Shown: in pieces, positions 60,069 to 64,000 of the stretch
Layout of the letters: the number at the start of each line of letters is the position of its first letter
Numbering within the stretch: the first letter of the stretch is position 1
Assembly (NCBI GenBank): GCA_043826455.1
Contig: JBDRQD010000046.1
Coordinates: forward strand, 55,316-119,315
Reading direction: 5' to 3'
DNA: 64,000 nt
Source: Candidatus Bathyarchaeota archaeon
GTDB taxonomy: Archaea; Thermoproteota; Bathyarchaeia; TCS64
The notes under the pieces: model-generated
Databases searched by the model: none
The model's input: only the letters and a program-made list of their open reading frames with translations
Told to the model about the DNA's origin: nothing
Made by a program: the position numbers and the translations under genes

Positions 60069-61016
60069 ATGAAGAGAGACTCCCACGAGAAGAAGTGCTC
60101 ACGCTGCGGCAGCACCCGGATAATCAGGGACTACGAGGTGGGAGAGGAGATATGCGGCGAGTGCGGCCTGGTGGTCTCTGAGGAGATCATGGACCGGGGC
60201 CCAGAGTGGAGGGCCTTCACCATGGAGGAGAAGGATTCCAGGAGCAGGACCGGAGTGGGCACCTACTACATGCTCTACGACAAGGGGCTATCCACCGTCT
60301 TCTCGGGGCACCGGGACGCCAAGGGGAAGCCCCTGGACGGGGAGACCAAGAACAAGATGGACAGGCTCCGCAGGTACGACAACAGGTCCAAGATGGATGA
60401 CACGTGGCGAAGGAACCTGAGCATAGCCATGGCGGAGCTGGACAGGATGAGCGCCAAGCTCCACCTGCCCCAGAACGTCAAGGAGCAGTCCGCCATCATG
60501 TACAGGAGGGCCCTCAGGAAGGACATGATCAGGGGGCGGAGCATAGACGCCTTCGTGGCGGCCAGCGTCTACGCGGCGTGCAGGCAAGCGGGCCTACCGA
60601 GGCCCCTCAAGGAGATCAGCAAGGCGTCTAATAGGGAGCTGAGCGAGGTCTCCAGGACCTACAGGCTGATGCTGAGGGAGATGAACATCAGGGTGCCCGT
60701 GGACGACCCCTTCAAGTTCGTGCCCAAGATAGCCTCCAAGCTGAACATGAGGGTGGAGACGGAGTTCAAGGCCGTGGAGATACTCAGGGAGGCCAAGAGG
60801 CTGCAGGGGCTCTCGGGGAAGGACCCCCGGGGGATGGCCGCCGCGGCCCTGTACAAGGCGTCGAGGGACTCGGACGATAAGAGGGTTCAGAAGGACGTGG
60901 CGGAGGCCGCGGGTACCACCGAGGTGACCCTGCGGAACAGGCTGCGGGGCCTTGAGGCGCTTTTACTGGAGGCGGCGGAGTCAGCTGGCCCTGAGCTTCT
61001 TCAGAGCGGAAAGTAG
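60069..61016 (+). CDS. tfb: Transcription initiation factor IIB paralog (divergent)
   Basis: CSRC..CGEC, GPEWRAF, YDKGLST, GTTEVTLRNRL. Confidence 0.93.
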   Translation: MKRDSHEKKCSRCGSTRIIRDYEVGEEICGECGLVVSEEIMDRGPEWRAFTMEEKDSRSRTGVGTYYMLYDKGLSTVFSGHRDAKGKPLDGETKNKMDRLRRYDNRSKMDDTWRRNLSIAMAELDRMSAKLHLPQNVKEQSAIMYRRALRKDMIRGRSIDAFVAASVYAACRQAGLPRPLKEISKASNRELSEVSRTYRLMLREMNIRVPVDDPFKFVPKIASKLNMRVETEFKAVEILREAKRLQGLSGKDPRGMAAAALYKASRDSDDKRVQKDVAEAAGTTEVTLRNRLRGLEALLLEAAESAGPELLQSGK

Positions 61017-61514
61017 GGCCCCGTATTCTTCGGGTAGGTCTACGTCCCAGAACTGGTCCAGTGCGTTTGCTTCCACTCCCGTTTCCTGGTACTCGTGGGC
61101 CTGGAGCACCATGTCCAGCTTGTCGGCTGCATGCACCAGGGCGGCCTCCGGGGTCTGGCCCGCCTGGTACTCACGGAACAGCTCCGCGTAGCGACTTCGC
61201 TGCTTCTCGCCTAGGCCGCTGATCACCTGTCTGAATGCCTGGGCCTCGGCTGCGGCGTGGTCTCCCGGCTTCTGCCTGGGGGTCAGGTCGCCTGTGACTG
61301 CCTCTGGGAGGTCGTGGAGCAAGGCCATCCTCACCACCTTTGATGTGTCCAGGCCCCGGGTGTCCGCCAGAACCATGGAGGCTAGGGTGGTGCGGTAGAC
61401 GTGGTCGGCCACTGACTCCGGGTCGGGGACCCCGGCCTCGACCCAGCCGGTGCGCTTGATTTGCTTGAGTTTGCCCGCGGCCTTGAGGAATGTTATGAGG
61501 GCTGTGGTGTTCAT
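60981..61514 (-). CDS. HD-domain 5'-nucleotidase (YfbR/HDDC2-like)
   Basis: LKQIKRTGW, ESVADH, LLHDLPE, ADKLD. Confidence 0.88.
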   Translation of the reverse strand: MNTTALITFLKAAGKLKQIKRTGWVEAGVPDPESVADHVYRTTLASMVLADTRGLDTSKVVRMALLHDLPEAVTGDLTPRQKPGDHAAAEAQAFRQVISGLGEKQRSRYAELFREYQAGQTPEAALVHAADKLDMVLQAHEYQETGVEANALDQFWDVDLPEEYGALLSALKKLRAS

Positions 61515-61556
61515 GGGTTGTAGGGGGTGGTCCCCCCATTTTATGTTTCGCGGATG

Positions 61557-62708
61557 CTAGCTGAGGTCGCAAACCTGTCTGATGGCTGCGAGCATCTTGT
61601 CGTTGTTGGGTGGGCAGCCCTCCACGTAGCAGCCCTCACCCGCGTACTTCTTGAGGCAGGTGCCCATGATGAGGGGCGTGTTGGGTAGGTTGTCTGGTAC
61701 CTCCGCGTTGCTGCCCACGACTATGAAGAGGTCCCTGATCTCCCCCATCTTCTTCATCTGCTCCAGGTCGTAGACGACGCTGTGGATGGTGCCCCTGCAG
61801 GCGCTGCAGGCGCCCTCGCTGATGACGGTGATGCCCTCGGCGAACTCCAGGTCCGTTGGGGGCCTCTCGAACCTGTACGTGTAGCTGGATAGAGACTCTC
61901 CGACGACCTCGGGCTCCTCTGCCGGGTCGAAGAGGCCGTTCCCGGCGGCCTCCACCAGGTAGTCCAGCTCCTCCATCTGGAAGCCCATGGCCCTGGACGC
62001 GACCCGGTCCAGGGCCCAGACGTCCCTGCTGGCCATGACGGTGTTGAGCTCCACCTTGGGGCCGAAGCTGGGTCCCAGGCCCTCCATGGCGACGATGGCG
62101 TCCAGGACGGTGAGGTCCAGGGGCACCACCTTGCTGAGGTCTATGATGCCTTTGACGACGCCGACCCTGTGGAACTCCCGCTTCATGGGCTTCTGGATGA
62201 CGCCCTTCAGGTTCTTGACTCCCAGGGTGACCAGGAGCTGGTCGTGGGTCTTCATGACGGGTAGGTTGATCCTGATGTCGGCGTCCATGAAGGCCTTGGA
62301 CACCTTGATCTTGTCCACGATGAGCGGGTTGGGGACCCTGAGCTCCACGAGGCTGCTCTTGTCCACGTCCACCACCTCAGCCCCCGCCTTCTCGGCCATC
62401 TCCTTGACGCCACTCAGCTCCAGGGCCCTGCCGGTCTCGGTGAAGTAGCCTGCGCCCTCGACGACCAGCACCTTGGCTGCGCCGGCCTCCTTGCAGAGCC
62501 GGATCATGGCCTCGACGACGCGCTTATCGGTGACGACTCCGGGGCCGGTGACCCTGCCCGTGACCACGTTAGGCTTCAGGGCCACGGTCTGCCCGGGCTT
62601 GACGACGCTCTTGATACCACCCACGAGGTCTACGGCTTTCTTCACAATGCCGTAGACTTGGGTGTCCCGGGGCTTCGCCTTGGACCTGACTATGGATACT
62701 TTCGCCAT
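61557..62708 (-). CDS. DUF362 Fe-S protein
   Basis: LKPN, LPVMKTH, TLGVKNLKG, MEGLGP; C-terminal CSAC, GTC, GCPP; start ATG 62708. Confidence 0.85.
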   Translation of the reverse strand: MAKVSIVRSKAKPRDTQVYGIVKKAVDLVGGIKSVVKPGQTVALKPNVVTGRVTGPGVVTDKRVVEAMIRLCKEAGAAKVLVVEGAGYFTETGRALELSGVKEMAEKAGAEVVDVDKSSLVELRVPNPLIVDKIKVSKAFMDADIRINLPVMKTHDQLLVTLGVKNLKGVIQKPMKREFHRVGVVKGIIDLSKVVPLDLTVLDAIVAMEGLGPSFGPKVELNTVMASRDVWALDRVASRAMGFQMEELDYLVEAAGNGLFDPAEEPEVVGESLSSYTYRFERPPTDLEFAEGITVISEGACSACRGTIHSVVYDLEQMKKMGEIRDLFIVVGSNAEVPDNLPNTPLIMGTCLKKYAGEGCYVEGCPPNNDKMLAAIRQVCDLS

Positions 62709-62775
62709 GGTTATCGGTTGTAGTTGGGCGAGACGGGGTAATAAGCCTTGTAAGGTGTGGCGCGGATGGTTACTC

Positions 62776-63159
62776 ATGGAGACCGGTGTGATCAGGTTCA
62801 TCGGGCGGGTGGAGCAGGTGGAGGGGAACGTGTCCAAGATTGTGATCCGGCCCGAGTTCTGCCAGGGCCTCATGAGGCTGGACATGTACAGCCGGATACT
62901 GGTCCTGTACTGGTTCCATGAGAGGGACGACGACCGGCACAGGGGCACGCTGCAGGTGGTGCCCAGGCGCCACGGGGAGACTGAGCTGCGGGGAGTGTTC
63001 GCGTCCCACAGTCCGTCGAGGCCGAACCCGGTGGGGTTGACGGAGGTTGAGCTTCTTCGGGTGGAGGGCTGCACGTTGACGGTGAGGGGCCTGGACGCAT
63101 ATGTGGGGTCGCCGGTGGTGGACATCAAGCCCGTGTCCATGGATGGACGGCTACAGTAA
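62776..63159 (+). CDS. tsaA: TrmO/TsaA-like tRNA methyltransferase domain
   Basis: VLYWFH, GVFASHSPSRPNPVG, GLDAYVGSPVVDIKP. Confidence 0.88.
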   Translation: METGVIRFIGRVEQVEGNVSKIVIRPEFCQGLMRLDMYSRILVLYWFHERDDDRHRGTLQVVPRRHGETELRGVFASHSPSRPNPVGLTEVELLRVEGCTLTVRGLDAYVGSPVVDIKPVSMDGRLQ

Positions 63160-63285
63160 GGGCTGCTACAGGGTAGATGTGAGGAGGAGCTCAAGCCTAT
63201 AAAAACGTAGTAAAGGGTTTTTTACTAAAAGTTAGCCCACTGACCCCTTTATATTAACGCCAAAGGGGCTTATTATCGTTGAAAA

Positions 63286-63738
63286 ATGACTGAAAAAGAG
63301 AAAAACGAGACCGTGAACCTGGAGGAGGAGGTCTTCAAGGCCCTCGACCACCAGATGCGCAGAGACGTTCTACGCTACGTGGGTGAAGCCAAGTCCGTGA
63401 GCTTCACGGAGATACTGAACAGCGTCAAGGTGCCTGACAGCCCGACCCTATCTTACCACCTTAAGACCCTGAGCCCCTTCGTGGAGCAGAGGGAGGGCAA
63501 GTACGAGCTGACGGTGATGGGCCGAGACGCCTACAACCTGCTGCTGAAGACCTCCAGCTATAGCCGCCTGGCCCTCTTCTGGAGGAACAAGCGTAATGCC
63601 ACAATGGGCACCGGGCTTCTGTGGCTGACTGCCATCATCGCTGCAGTCTACATGGGTCTGGACGTGACGTACTCGGCTGTGATTCTGCCCACCCTGGCCG
63701 CCATAGCGATGTCCACGGTCTACCAGTTGTTCGAATGA
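63286..63738 (+). CDS. ArsR-like wHTH with two C-terminal TM helices
   Basis: FKALDHQMRRDVL, LSYHLKTL, YELTVMG; hydrophobic tail. Confidence 0.8.
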   Translation: MTEKEKNETVNLEEEVFKALDHQMRRDVLRYVGEAKSVSFTEILNSVKVPDSPTLSYHLKTLSPFVEQREGKYELTVMGRDAYNLLLKTSSYSRLALFWRNKRNATMGTGLLWLTAIIAAVYMGLDVTYSAVILPTLAAIAMSTVYQLFE

Positions 63739-63784
63739 AAACGATGGGCCGACACGCATGAGTTTTTACAGTATACAATCCCAC

Positions 63785-64000
63785 GATGATAGCCAACATA
63801 GTTCCAAGTAACAAATCAATGAATCCCGGGGTGAGAAAAAGGCAAGGGCTTTTTCATTGAAGGTTTAGCTAAATGCAACCCGAAAAAATTTCACATTCTT
63901 CCATGCAGCTGTTAGGTCAACCCAAGGAACCAACTATGACAAACAGAAACCATGCGACGGCGACGACTGCACCCCCTCCCCCCCCCCCCACGCGCACACA
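63785..64000 (-). repeat. Dispersed intergenic element, copy D (runs to the window edge)
   Basis: Shares both end motifs with copy B and a 32-mer with 36127-36158. Confidence 0.75.

Noticed and set aside
61557..63194. 545-aa ORF
   Set aside because: The N-terminal part is antisense to tsaA; the DUF362 protein starts at ATG 62708

Overview
Archaeal chromosomal segment, GC-rich in coding regions. The gene set (rpl15e, aIF2-gamma, aIF5A plus deoxyhypusine synthase, three TFBs, FBP aldolase/phosphatase, TrpB2) suggests a TACK lineage, probably Bathyarchaeia; this is inference. It carries about 60 genes covering housekeeping and translation, surface-glycan synthesis, peptide and Amadori-compound scavenging, and a tungsten-oxidoreductase block (FOR, MoaD, VapBC and three tandem WOR5-like large/small pairs). 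I found no tRNA, rRNA, CRISPR array or transposase. Main points of interest: (1) an unannotated family of dispersed ~200-440 bp intergenic elements whose copies keep hairpins through compensatory and G-U changes; (2) a four-gene uncharacterised membrane operon (DUF6754-like) followed by an amidohydrolase; (3) a surface protein with three 182-aa repeats, each ending in a His-Phe-Ser autoproteolysis-like motif; (4) aIF2-gamma, a TFB, a cupin and TrpB2 whose conserved N-termini have no ATG/GTG/TTG; (5) two divergent TFB paralogs, each oriented back-to-back with a sensor/regulator gene. All family calls come from motif recognition and recall, not database searches.
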